From contig MCFE01000374.1 in NCBI GenBank assembly GCA_002104905.1, positions 20,824 through 84,823 of the forward strand: a stretch of 64,000 nt of DNA. The letters run 5' to 3'. Made by a program: the position numbers and the translations under genes. Positions 34,909 to 47,699 of this stretch are shown here, one piece after another (within the stretch, counting starts at the first letter, position 1; each line of letters starts with the position of its first letter). The notes under the pieces were generated by a model that worked only from the letters and a program-made list of their open reading frames with translations, had not been told where the DNA came from and did not search any database. The stretch is from Basidiobolus meristosporus CBS 931.73. Lineage: Eukaryota; Fungi; Basidiobolomycota.

Positions 34909-37365
34909 ATGTATAAATACTATATTTTACATTCAATCAATGATTAAGTGAAAACCACATAATCTACTTGTTCTTGCAAGCACTTCCAATATCTCCAAGA
35001 CTTGTGCAACAGGATATAAGCCCTAAGCTGTCACTCTTTGCAAAGTCCACTATTGCAATTACTCCAATTTTCCCCTCCATTGAAAAGTTGGATGGATGTA
35101 GCAATCAAGTGTGGAAGGTGAAGATGAAGATGCTGCTACAAGAAAGCAGTCTTTGGGATATTGTCATGGGAGAAGAATATGTGGGTTATTACTTACTGTT
35201 CTTTGTGAGTGGGAGAGCATGTAGGTCAAGTCAGTACCACTTGGCTCATAATAGCTTCCAATAGAAGGTAGCAAGGTAATAAAGACCTGTGCTTATTCTG
35301 TCCAAATCTTCCTGTCCTCCCACCTTGTTCAATTGGATATATATATATATATATAACACTTGGGGGGGCTTAGATAATAGACAATGTACTATAAAATAGG
35401 GGTGTGAACACCTTCCTGTCATGGTAAGTGTTCTAACTAGATAAGGGGAGGGATAGGAGGGAGGACACAAGGGGGAATCATAGGGAGGATACTGGGGGAC
35501 TTTGGGTAGGACTCTGGGGAGAACTCTTGGGCAAAGAGTGGGTTCTACATTTAGTACTCACAGAATGCTCTCCTAAAGATGTAGGAGAGGAAGCCTTAAG
35601 GTACCCAAAGAAAGAGCAAAGTGCCCTCAACTACATCTGCCTTAATGTCAAAGACAAATTGCTATTTCAATGCCCAAGCGCAAGAACTGCAAAGAATGCC
35701 TGGAAGACATTAGAACACACCTACCAGTCATGTTCAGATGCTAAGAGAATGTATTCTAGACAAAAATTCTTTACTACAAAGACCCTGATAGGAGAAGAAA
35801 TGAAAAATCTAATTAATAGAATTACCCTGCTGGTAGATGAAATGAATCTGTGGATATACCAACTACTAATAAGGATGTGATTGTTGACACCCTGAATGGC
35901 CTGACTAACAGGTTTCAGGGCCTTGTATCAGTTTTAGAGTTCCGAACTGCAGATTTAATCTTAAATTATGTATATGGAAGGCTCCTGGATGAAGAATTAA
36001 CAAAATCAAGCCCTAGTAAGAAGGAAGAAGAAATACTTCAATAAGCAATGATTACCAACAGAGGAAATACTCAAGACCCTTTAAAGAAATAGCAACATGC
36101 TTTGCAACTATAGCAAAAGCAGAGGATCCACATTAGACCAATGCTCCAAAAAGAGAGATACTCAGCAGAAAAGGCCTGAATATTGGGATGCTGCAACAGC
36201 TGACAAGCAACTAATAATATATGCACTAAATGTCACCACAAACAATGATTTGCAGGTATAATACATTGACTCTAGTGCATATTAACACTTTACACACCAA
36301 AAAGAACTCTTACCCTATATCAAAAAATTTCAATTAAAAAGGTTTTCATGGGTGATAATAGAATACTTGATGAATGGGAGAAGGAACTATCCAAGTAAAC
36401 CTTAGAAGCAGTCAAGGAAGCCATACACTGACCATCAAAAAAGTACCCTACATACAAGAAATAGTCCAGAACCTACAGTCAGTAAGCAAGGTCACTGCAG
36501 ATGGACTCAGTTTCAGCTTTGACAATTCTTGATGCAGGATCACTGATTAAAATGGTGCTCATATTGCTCTGGGTAAAAGAGATCAGAATCTATACAAGTC
36601 AAATTATATTCTGTGATATCAGGAAGCCAATATAGGCATCTAGAATGAAGAAACACTAATGCTTTGGCACAGGAGATTTTGACACATCAAATGTGATTAT
36701 TTGTGCAAAATGATGAAAGATCAGCTAATTTCTGGAGTAAAATTGATCCCCCAGTTGATTTGAAGAATTGTGAAACCTGCATATATGGGAAACAAGCCAG
36801 AAAACTGCTCAAGAGCTCTGGGTTAGTCAAAACCAAGAACAAACTAGTTCTAATTCACACAGATATGTGTGGACCAATGCAAAACTTATCCTTAGGCAGG
36901 ATGAAGTATTTAATCAATAATATTGATGATTACAGAGGAAACCTGTAGGTCTACTTCATGGGGAGAGCAAAAGAAGCTCTGTCTAAGCTCAGGGAGTTTA
37001 AAGCCATGGTGGGGAGAGAAACTGGTGAAAAAATCAAGAAGATACACTCTGACAATGGAGGAGATTATACCTCAAACTCTTAATCCTCCTCAGCACAATT
37101 TATGGGATAAAGCAAGTGACTACTGCATCATACTCCCCACAACAAGATGGAGTAGTAGTACATGCAGACATTTCAATAAATGATATGGAAAGATCTATGA
37201 TCTGTGATTAAAAATATCTTATGATATTTGAACAGATTCAGTTGCTATAGCTGTATACATCAGAAATAAGAGTTAAGACAAAGCAATTTGTGATTCTACT
37301 CCATTTGAAGCATGGTATGGATACATACAAGTGCAGAACATCAAATCATATATGGGTATATAGTA
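34909..37365 (+). mobile_element. Second degenerate Ty1/copia copy (partial LTR, gag, protease, integrase start)
   Basis: Repeats 31790-32110; YIDSSA protease remnant near 36265; LIHTDMCGPM integrase near 36850; many stops and frameshifts. Confidence 0.85.
35180..35562. mobile_element. Solo LTR (383 bp) inserted in copia gag
   Basis: TGTG...CACA ends, TSD GAATA/GAATG; removing it restores gag (GEE-C). Confidence 0.75.
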
Positions 37366-37689
37366 GACTTGCTCCATTGCATAGTGCCACATTGATCCAT
37401 GAGTACCAGAGAGGCATAGCAGACCTAAACTTGACCACAGAGTGTGAAACATAGCTCTTCATCTTCATGCAAAGCCACCCCTGTGTCTCACCCATCATAC
37501 TGGAGAAAATCCATTTTTTGACCTTTTTTTATGTCAATGTTGTGCAGGATGTGTAAGAGTGCAAAAGGATTGAAGACATGCATCTGGTACTCAATACCCA
37601 TGGCACACTGCATCCAGTTCCTGTGGCTTATATTACATCACAAAAACACATGCCACTATCATGGTCCACTGGTGCTATGTGGCACCATA
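37366..37689 (+). repeat. Single copy of the long TIR arm
   Basis: TA|GACTTGCTCCATTG...GGCACCATA, colinear with 52542-52887. Confidence 0.85.
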
Positions 37690-37699
37690 TTCAAGTATT

Positions 37700-38830
37700 A
37701 GTCCTAAACCTTAAGAAAGATAATTTGGTCTTGTGGGAGGATTCAATCCTGATCAGCCTTCAGGATCCTGCAATGAGTCCATTGAAATGCTGGTGTGGTG
37801 ATATAGAAGTACAGCTGGGAGAAGCTACAAAACTCAGGGTGTGTGAGGTGTCTAAAGGGTGCAATAACCTTTGGGTCTAAGCAGCTAGTGTCTCTATCAC
37901 TATATAACTTTGGTAAATGCTCCTGCTTCATGAGCTTCTTAGGTGCTCCAAGCATCTCCAAAGGTCTTTGTGGATTCCTCATATTCAATGTTCAGGACTT
38001 CAGCTGGATCAAAGTAGTCAGAATTTTCTTCTATGTAGATGTAAACCTTTCTTTTGTGAGAGGTAACTTGCTTGTAGAAAACTCTCAATCCTCCTTAGTC
38101 ATATGTTGTAGATAGTGTGCTGTCATGCTTACTGGTTGGATATCCCTGAGGGCTATATGGGACAGCACCTTTAGATAATAAGGACTGAAGTGCTTAGCAG
38201 TTTTGCTTGGAATAATTGGTAGTGTCATACCATATGAATGTACACTTGACTTCTTTCTCTACTGGTTTCTGCCCATGTGCTTGGCTGTCCCAAAGCAAGG
38301 AAAGCTTCTCTAGTTGTTGTGCCAGCTCCTGAGATTGAGGGTTTGCTTACTTAAATGAGGTAAATTTTAACTATCTTGGTTTTGTGCTGCACTTGAAAGA
38401 AGCTCTCTGACTGATGAGGTCTTTTCAGTAGTAAGTAGAATATTTTAGCCAATAGAAAAGCAGCTCTCACAGTAGAATCATCTTCCAATACAAGGTCCTG
38501 TAGCAGTGCTCTGAGAAGATTAGCAAATAAACTGAGGTCAGTGATAACTCCTGGGGCTTTTGGTGGCTCTCCAACTTGCTCAAGGCCACTTGGGGATTCT
38601 TTCTATGATAGTGGCCCAAATTTGCTATATGCAAAGTTCTCCCAATATCAAAGTGTATTGATGACCTGCTTCTAACCATATTTACCAATCAGGTGGCCCT
38701 TCAGGAGGGTTCAATTTCAAAGGAGGTCATTTCCTACTAATCACAAGAGCATGATTGCATCAGTGCTGTAATGTTGCATCTCTTCAGCCACAATGGATTA
38801 ATCTTTATTTGCTTACCAACAACTACCTTG
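37700..38830 (-). mobile_element. Degenerate non-LTR retrotransposon, post-RT region (tentative)
   Basis: Broken frame PKAPGVITDLSLFANLLRALL resembles the GGLG..D...F..ALL motif. Confidence 0.35.
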
Positions 38831-38836
38831 GGTACT

Positions 38837-39534
38837 TGTTGTATCCAAGAGAAAAGTTTAATACAACTCCTGAATTGTCTAACTGAGCCTAAGTGACAAC
38901 CAAATGCAGAACCTTAGAATTGTCAGAAAGTGGTGGAAATATTAGCAGATTGGTTCTGGTCTAATATTGGTCTTGAGTATAGCTGGGTTTGGCAACAAAG
39001 GTAATGGAGCTGGTTTGCTATGCAGGCTGGGACTTGTGTTTTTGGGAGTGTTACATATGCTAGGCTTGGGTGGAAACAAGAACATGATTGTTCAGTTCTT
39101 AATTTGCTAAGACACAATCTTAATTTTGTTGAGACACACACAAAGCCAAAAGGCTCAGTAAGCTTTATTTATACTTTTTCAATCAAGTTGAATTAATAAG
39201 TGCTAAGACACTGGACTAACTGAGATCTGTTGGGATGTTGATAGGTGCATAGAATAAATGAAAAATTGCATCATTAATCACCTGATGTCTTGGCAACTGC
39301 ACAGTTGTTGGATATATTTCAGATGACTAGTTTGGCAGATAGTTTGATAATGTAGTGGCCACATGATAGTTGATCAGGTATGACAGCTAATAATATATAC
39401 TGAGATCAGATAAAATAAATCATAACTGGGATTAGATATGTTTGGGGTAGGGAAAATCAGGTTGGGAACTAGACTAGGTATTGGATTTTTTAACAGAGTA
39501 AAATTGGCTAAGTCTTAAATGTTGATGCACAATA
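38837..39534. mobile_element. Solo LTR (~698 bp), family B
   Basis: TGTTGT...ACAATA ends, TSD GTACT/GTATT; inverted homologue at 40513-41211. Confidence 0.75.
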
Positions 39535-41655
39535 GTATTACATATATAGTTTGAATCAAAAAATGCTATGGCCTTCTGCTCACTATCTTCTACAAACACA
39601 CATACCTGCCGCAATTGACATACTTCTGTCACCTCAACTTCACAGCTTTTTAGTGTGTTATCTACAAAGTTGCCATATACCTTTTATTGCTCGTAACATA
39701 TACTTCTTGCAAACATATGCTTAGTTGCTGCCTCTTGTGCCATGAATACCTACTGAATATCTGCAAAGTGTTTTTTTATATTATACCATAATATTTCTTC
39801 TCCCTGCTGGATTCTAGTCCCCCTTATAGGTGTGCTCTGGCGCTTGTTTGTGTGAATTTTATATTGAATGAGGTTGAAATTGGCTTGTGACCAAGAGAAA
39901 TCCTGCATACCATGGTAGAGTTTTCCTAATAAAAAATAGTTGCTTGTTGCACCCAACCCAACTTTGCATATCTTAACTGATTACCCACACATTGGGGCTG
40001 CTTAGCTCCATAATGCCATAGGCACAGGTGTCACCATGTGCACTTCTGGCCACAGTATTTTCCAACTCTTCCTGGCTATCCTCAAAGTGCCAACTCATCA
40101 TATCCATGATGAGCTTGAAGGTAATACTCCTGATGAGATTGGGATATGGTAGTACCTACAACTTGACTAGTCTTTCTATCTCCCCACATATTCACTGCAT
40201 AGAAAACCTGCCAAAGGTGAAGCAAGGTCCAATATTCTCAACACACCAAGCAAGATGGAGTAGGGAATGGTTACATTAGCAGCAGAGAACTACATGTTCA
40301 GCTTTATGTTTGCAGTATAGCTGCTCTAATCCCATCACAAACTCCTTACACAAAAGCTGTAGATGCATCAAGCTGGCATAGGTGATCTACCTTCAGATAA
40401 ATATTGCAACAATGTCCACATATAACCCACCAATGTTTCCAATGTACTCATGGTAGCAATGGCTTCAGAAGGATACTTGTATCAATATTTATCCAGTTCA
40501 TCCAGTCCTTACTGTTGTGCATCCACATTTAAGACTTGGCCAATTTCACTCTGTTAGAAAATTTAGTACCCTAACTGATTTTCCCTAACCCAAACATAAC
40601 TAATCCCTGTTATGGTTTATTTTATCACTTCTCAGAATCTATTTTTAGCTGTCACACCTGATTAATTTTCATGTGGTCATCACGTACTCAACTGATCTGC
40701 TAAGCCTTTCTAAGTGATTAGTCATCAGAGATTTATCCAACCACTTAGCACTTGCCAAGACATCAGCTGATTGATGATGCAATTTTTCATTTACCTTATA
40801 CACCTTTCAACACCCCAATAGATATCAATTAGTCCAGTCTCTTGGCGCTTACCAATGCAACTCAATCAGAAAAGTATAAATAAAGTATACTGAACCTTTT
40901 GGTTAAGTGTGTGTCTCAACAAAATTAAAATTGTGCTTCAGCAAAATTAAGAATTCAGCAATTCTGTTCTAGTTTCCACCTAAGCTTAGCATATCTAGTA
41001 TTCCCAAGAACACCAAGCCTAGCCTGTATAGCAAACCAACTCTGTTGCCTTTATAGCCCAACTCAACTATATACAAAACCAATATTAGACCAGAACTTCT
41101 CTGCTAATATTTCTGTCACCCTTGACAATTCTAAGATTCTGAACTTAGTTATCACTTAGGCTCATTTAACTCATTCAAGAGTTTTATTACACTTTTCTCT
41201 TGGATACAACACTTGCACTTGTTTTGCTGATTTGCATATGAATGCCAATTGGAGCCAATGAGAAGCACTTAGGGTAGCAGATACTCAGAAATATCTTGCC
41301 AATTCTTTCAAATTTCTTCAGTACCACAAAGTGATTATTTAGCGTGAAATGCCCCATGTACAACTTGGTCATCAGTATAGGAATATTGTAGAAAAGCAAA
41401 TGCATTGCTCCCAGTAAAGAGCCTATGGTCCAACAGATACCCTCTATCCTGAGTATCTCCAGTTTCCAATTGATTACATATTTCAGCCAATGGCTTATAG
41501 CTTGCCCACTTTGTTGCAATTGAATGCTGACTTCTGTACATTCTCTTTGTGGGAAGATGCCATTGTTGGTGTTGGTTTGTGGCTTATAATAATGTGTGCA
41601 AGTTATGGAGTAGGTGCCCTTGATCTCATACATTTGACAGCAATACTGTCCATTG
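39535..41655 (-). mobile_element. Degenerate CACTA/EnSpm (Tnp2-type) transposase, 3' part; continues at 54016-54400
   Basis: GAMHLLFYNIP..L..LYMGHF and KDWMNWI...S.LLKPLLP motifs; colinear with the 48380-50500 copy. Confidence 0.75.
40513..41211. mobile_element. Solo LTR (~699 bp), family B, opposite orientation, inserted in the CACTA transposase
   Basis: TGTTGT...ACAACA ends, TSD CTTAC/CTTGC. Confidence 0.8.
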
Positions 41656-42749
41656 TGTTGCAATATTCTGAGGAATATTGGAGGTGATATGGGAAACTAG
41701 AGAATTTGCACTTTATTCACTTGCAGATTTATTAATCAAAAGTATGGTATTTATACCTGTGATAAAGTGGAGAAAAAAACATAGAGAGTTTACTAAGGAA
41801 GGTCTCAAGAATATGTGTGCAAAGTTTGAGGGCTTTTGGATAACTTTGAGAAAGACAATAATCTGGGTACTTGATAATAGGTAAAAATTTTCTTAGTAAA
41901 CTCCAACAAGAATACTTGGTCAGGACAGATTGCTAATAAAAAAAAAAAGATCTTTGTGACTATGCTAGCATGAATATTTAGGAGACAACTCAGCAATTAC
42001 AACACTCCCACTCAACAAACTATTCACAAGTAAAAAATACATATGAGAGTGTGCAATCTTTAATAAGTATATAAGGTTCACCTGTGTTTCATACTGGACT
42101 AATATTTTATTGAACAGTATATGTACTTGTGTTGATCTTTATTGAACAAGCAACTTGTAATCTAATGTGCATTGCTACTCAATAGTATGCCCAAGTATCA
42201 GAATCATCTGATCATAATACTAATCATGTGCCTTAATTGGTTTTACAGGCTTGAATAGCGCTCTGAAACTAAGTATCAAATTGTAATGATGATATATAAC
42301 CTCTGTGCTATCCAATGCTTCTTATTTGAGCAAAATTGACCCGCTTTGGGTCAAGTTAAGACTTTGTCATATATGGCAGATCAGAAATTTCCTTATTTAC
42401 AGGCAAAAGCTAAATCATTTAGACAACTTCACTGTGTATCTATATTAGACTCAGGGACAGGTATTTTCTTCATATAGACTCTATATGAGGTAAAAAAAAA
42501 TGGCCTATATTGGGCCAAGTTAAGGTTTTGTCATTTGGGGCTGATCCAGATTATCCTCATGTCCTGGCACTGTGACTTGTACAACATGGTCAAAAATATT
42601 TTCTCTCAACTAGGAGCTGGGATGACCTACTCCCGCTTGAGCAACATCTGTTTGGTGATTCAGATCTACAAAAGTGATCTAGAGTAGTCATCTTTGTCTT
42701 AAGTAGCCATAACTTTCTTTAGTCTGCATACTCCATTCACAGTAGATTT

Positions 42750-45700
42750 AAAGTCCATTTGTTTCTTGATTTACCCAGTTTAGTATCAAAAAGTACCATT
42801 GGTTGTTTGGTAGGAATTTATAGAGTGTGCTACTGACTTGGATGGTTACAGCTGCTTTTGTCTTATCAGAATATACATGTAGAGTAGAGACTGGAGCTTT
42901 TCCAGAAGTAAGATTCTCCTGCGCAAGAGCTTTGAGTATACTTATTCTCCTGATTGTTATTTTCAACCTTGAACTTGGTTTACAAGTTTAACTAATCTCC
43001 TCAGCATCTTCAGAACTCTTAAAATCAAGCTGGTTGATCCTTGCACCTTTTCTTTCAGCTCCATAGATACCAGACATTGAGACTTTTGCTTGCAGGCTTT
43101 GTACAAGAAGCTCCATGGAGCATATCTGCACTGCCAGATATTCCAAATGTAGCCTACATAGGTTTTGGCTCCATTTGGGAAGTACCTCATTGTGAGGTAG
43201 TTGTACTTTCCCATTTTTTTCAATTTCTTTTTCTGCTGATCACCCAAAGGAAGTTCCTTTTGTGTGAAGGTTCTGAACTCCCTTACAGGTGATATAATGG
43301 TGTGTTTTACCATAGAAGTCCTCTGGACATCACTAGTCCAGAACAAACGACTATTTGAGGGAGATATAATCCAATTGGCATCCACTTAGATCAATCATAA
43401 CCATTGATAAAGTTGACCAAGTTTGATCAAATAAACTGTATTTGAAAGCTAGCTTCATTAGTACTGTGGTATTAGACTACAATACATCAGCTTTTTGAGT
43501 TGCAGAGCATGGTGGTGACTTGATCAATTGCAGTTCTTCAGCTCTGATTGAGAGGATCAAATATCTATAAGTGTTCTCTCCCACAGTAATAAGTGATATA
43601 TATATAACAGGTATAAAGTACTATGTCATCTTCTAAGTGGCTCTTAGCTGTATAGTGGCCAACTGTTGCCTGGTTGTATACTTCAATCAGGCTTGCAATC
43701 ATTTGGTTCACTCTTTTTGGCTGGTGGTAGAATTTCCTTGAGTTGAATTTACTTGACTTTTATAATAATTTCTCCTACTATCCTGAGACTCAAACAGAGT
43801 GATAGCAAGTCTAACAGCCCCAAAATTAGCTACTGGTACATTGCTTTTGGTACCAAAGCACTTGATACAACTATAGCATTCTTCCATTGATTTTGTAGCA
43901 CATATCTGTACTCCAGATGGATTTGTGAATTATGTATTAGTAGCATCCTAACAGTTGAGGAAGCTGTTTCTGTGATCTTCTCCTATCAACAGGTAGTCCA
44001 AAATAGTGGTTAACAGCTCTAGTAGTTACATTCTCAGCCTTATTTAGACCCTATGAGAAGTTATTGAGATGATCCCATCAAAAGGCTGTCACAAAGTTAA
44101 AGTCCTTTGACTAAGAGGTATTGATCCTGTCAGGACACCATCTAGAGATCATTAAAAAATGATTGCACCCCAGATCTCACAAGAAACTTAGTCAGAATTC
44201 TTCATCACAACAATGTATAAGTGGCGTTTGATTGGTTCCCTGCCAATTTGCTCACTTTCCAATTCCAGACACTCTATCACCTCCTACATTTGTGTGCAAT
44301 GATTGGCTTTTGCCTTTTTTTACATTTGTTGCTTCTGGACTTAACCATTGCTATTACTTTTCATGCATACAAATTGAATTATTTCTGTTGAAGCTTTGGT
44401 TGTACCGCAATTGCCAATTGTATGAACCTACACAAATCTCTATACCCCACACTAATATTAAGTCCAATCCCCCATTGAACAAGTAACTCCATTAAAATGT
44501 ACCACTCAATAAGTATTATTGGTGTAATGCTTTGGTTCCACAACTTTGGCAGGAACCCAACAGCTTTATACCATTGTTCATTTACTGGTTCCCACATGTC
44601 CTGGTCTTCTGCCAGCACTGCAAGGTCTAGCACCTCATCTGCCAGTCTTTGCAATAAATCCTTGCAATATTCCAGTGCATTTTCTTGAGCACTGCTCTTA
44701 AAGAAGTACTGGAACCTCTTGGTGTGCCTATTAATGTTCCAAAACTCTACTGAAGGCATTGTGATAGTCTTTTGAGCTCTTGACATTTTAACCTTGTCTG
44801 TCAGTGGGATCTCCACTCTATCAACAATGGGGGATGTGGAGGCTGTGGTGGACAAGTTGCCTTTTTCAGCAAACCCATCTACCTTGCTGAAGAGTAGTTC
44901 AACTGGCTGCGCTTCCAACTCTTATGAAAACAGCTGTTTTCTTGTAGGTAATTGTTCATGGCTGTGATGGGATTCAGTCTGTTCCTGGCTTGCGGCATTA
45001 ATTGGCAAGAACAGCAGTATTTATTGCATGCTTCCCTGTCTCAGGCTTAGGTAGACATTTTTCCCTTGACCTTTTCCTTTGGCACTGCCAGGTCTTTCAC
45101 TGCTACTTGGTCTGAATGCTTCTTTTAAAGAACTACCTTTTCTCCTGGACAAATTCTGCTCTGACGCATCTGATTTGGCCTGCTTGTCCCTTGCTGGCAC
45201 TCTTCTGGATACCTGACATTTTCTTTCTGCTTATTTTAGGCTCTCAACTGTAGTTGTGATGGGCTCCTGTATAAGTAGCTGGTTTTATCACTGCCAGGTC
45301 CTTCACTGCTACTCTGACTAGTTGATTCTTGAGTAGTACTACGCTTTTTCCCTGATAAATGTTGAGCTGGTGCATTGGTGTCTGCCTGCTTGTTCCTAAT
45401 TGGCACTCTTCCAGCTACTTGACATCTCTTTGATGCCTGTCTAGAGCTTTTGGCTCTGCCTGTAACAGGCTCTTGAGGAAGCCACTGGCTTTTAGCCATG
45501 GCACCCTTGTTCTTCTGCCTCTGATAGTTTCTGCTATTCTTAAGATACTTTCTTAGCATACCAATGCTGGCCCAAAATCAGTTTGCCTGTTGAATCTAGG
45601 ATAATGCTCATGGAACAAGTCAATTGCATTCTGCTTGGCTTTTAGTCCCTGATGGTCCCATGGTATGCTGGCCTCAAGGTGATGGTGTGCTAGACTTCTG

Positions 45701-47456
45701 ACAGCGTCTGTATATTAACCTGCTCTTCATTATTGCACTTAACGGCTTCATGGAGCTTGAGTGTCTTTTGATTTTTAGGCTTTGGTATCAACACCACATT
45801 GTCTCCCTCCAACACTGTGATAGGTTTTTCTGTGGGCTTTATCTTTGGGCACTGTTGTTGTACTTCAAAGACTGTACCGTGTTCCTCTGCTGTTACCTCA
45901 GGAAATGGCACAGTTCTTAGCTGTGATATTGAGCTACCTGAGTTCCTTCCTTGCAGCAAAGATACTGCTTTCTCTACCTGGGATATTGATTGCTCTACAT
46001 GTATTATCTGCTCATCCTGTTTCTGAACTATTTCCCAATTTCTCTGGGCCAATGCATCTATCCTATCAGCCACTGCACCTAATTGCTTCATTAATGCTTT
46101 GGTATGAGCTGACAAAATACTTGCTAATATGGGAGGTTGTGATGTTATTATGGCCACTTGCTGATCTTCAACTGGTGGTACTGCATTTGCTACATTCTCA
46201 TCTGCCTGAGCATAGCAGTTGGCATATGGCTCAGTGGAGGTCCTCAATTGTCTACTTGACTCAGAGCCTGAGGAGTCCACATTTTTACCTTCAGTGGGCA
46301 CACCATCCACAGGGCCTTTTTTGGATGTAGCCCTGCTTGTTGCACTGAATGTCAAAGCAAGCGGTGTAGTGGGGTCACAGTGACACCCACAGGCAGATTT
46401 GCTCATTCTCATACGTTCACTTCCCTAAAAAGGATCACCCCCCTTATATTAGTATCATCCCAAATTGCAATATTTTCTATCTGTCTATGTGATTATTACT
46501 ATGCAACCTGGCAAACTATTTGTCACTATTAACCCATTGCACAAGCTATTCCTATTCCTTGCCAAGATGCCAAGATAAGATAGTAACCATAAAAGACAAG
46601 TGCCCCCAACAGTGCCTATGTCATGTGACCATCCTGGTTTCATAACCCCCCTATGCTACTACCATATGAGGTAACTACATGACACAGAGGTTTCATATTA
46701 CCACTATCTGATTGGCTAGGTGCTACTATGTCTCATGGAACAATCCACCAAGAATTTGAGCTATTTTTAGTACACAATGACATGATTGGCTGTCTACTAC
46801 CTTCTGGAAACTTCCAGAAAATATTCTCTAGTATGAATTAGAGCAGCACAAAAGTATATAAGGAAGGCTATCCCTTAAAATAAATCATCCCACTTCCAGT
46901 ATTCCAACTTATTGATTAGTGAAATCACTGCTACCTATTACCACTACTTTCTGACTCAGACCTGACAATACTCCCAGGAACCCGCATTGACAGCCAACTG
47001 ACCTTGGAGGCACTACTTGTGAGGAATACTCAGAGTAGGTACATTTTATTATATGATTGTTTTCCCAGGCTTGTTCTTTTACAGACAAAGATACTTTTCA
47101 GTCTTTGTAACTATTGGTCAAAGCTGCATTCTTATCAAGTCCCTGTTGGTGGAGTTTACAGTTGTTTTGACTTTGGAAGCTTTAGTACACTGTCATCTCA
47201 AAGGATGTTGAAGCCATTATAAACTTTTGTTAAGATGCCAACTAAGTTGGGGATTGTACTTCAATAGTTTTCCCTTAACAAGCTTGAGGCTTTATCCCCC
47301 TTCACATTAGATTAGACAAAAGACCCAGTATTCCTAGCAAGCTTTTGCCAGAGGTTATTGCACCCAGTGAACACCCTACACACCTTCACACTTGAGAAGT
47401 GTTGGCCATATTTTGCCCTTTGGACTTATACACCACCACAGCAGTTGTCCAACCAT
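42750..47456 (-). mobile_element. Degenerate LINE-like element: coiled-coil ORF1 (ATG 47456, split by a solo LTR) and AP-endonuclease remnants
   Basis: ORFs 45690..46412, 45236..45559 and 44379..44918; removing the LTR gives in-frame MVGQPLALTF; endonuclease-like remnants at 42750-44250 are weak. Confidence 0.5.
46365..47440 (+). mobile_element. Solo LTR (~1076 bp), family C
   Basis: TGTAGTGG...CCACCACA ends, 4-bp TSD GCGG/GCAG, internal CCAAT-like boxes and TATATAA. Confidence 0.8.
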
Positions 47457-47699
47457 TCTTCTGTTGCCATCAGCAGTGGGGTTTGGTTGAAAACCAGATG
47501 ACTTTGCTTTATTTTTTGGCTGCATATATATGGAAGTGAGTCAAGCCAAAGGGGAAATAGTGTTACATATATGCGTGTATATGGTGCCACAACTTTATTC
47601 ATAATGCTTACTATGGCAGGTCATCACTGAATCTTATATTCATGTAGGTGCAATGTCTCAAATACAAGACTGTCTTAAGTTCACATGAATATTGACCAA

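Noticed and set aside
38837-41211. Possible DNA transposon with ~700-bp TIRs
   Set aside because: Each arm has its own TG...CA-type ends and separate TSD, so they are two independent solo LTRs.
42330-42560. Two diverged ~60-bp repeats about 170 bp apart
   Set aside because: Too degenerate to assign; probably a TE internal repeat.
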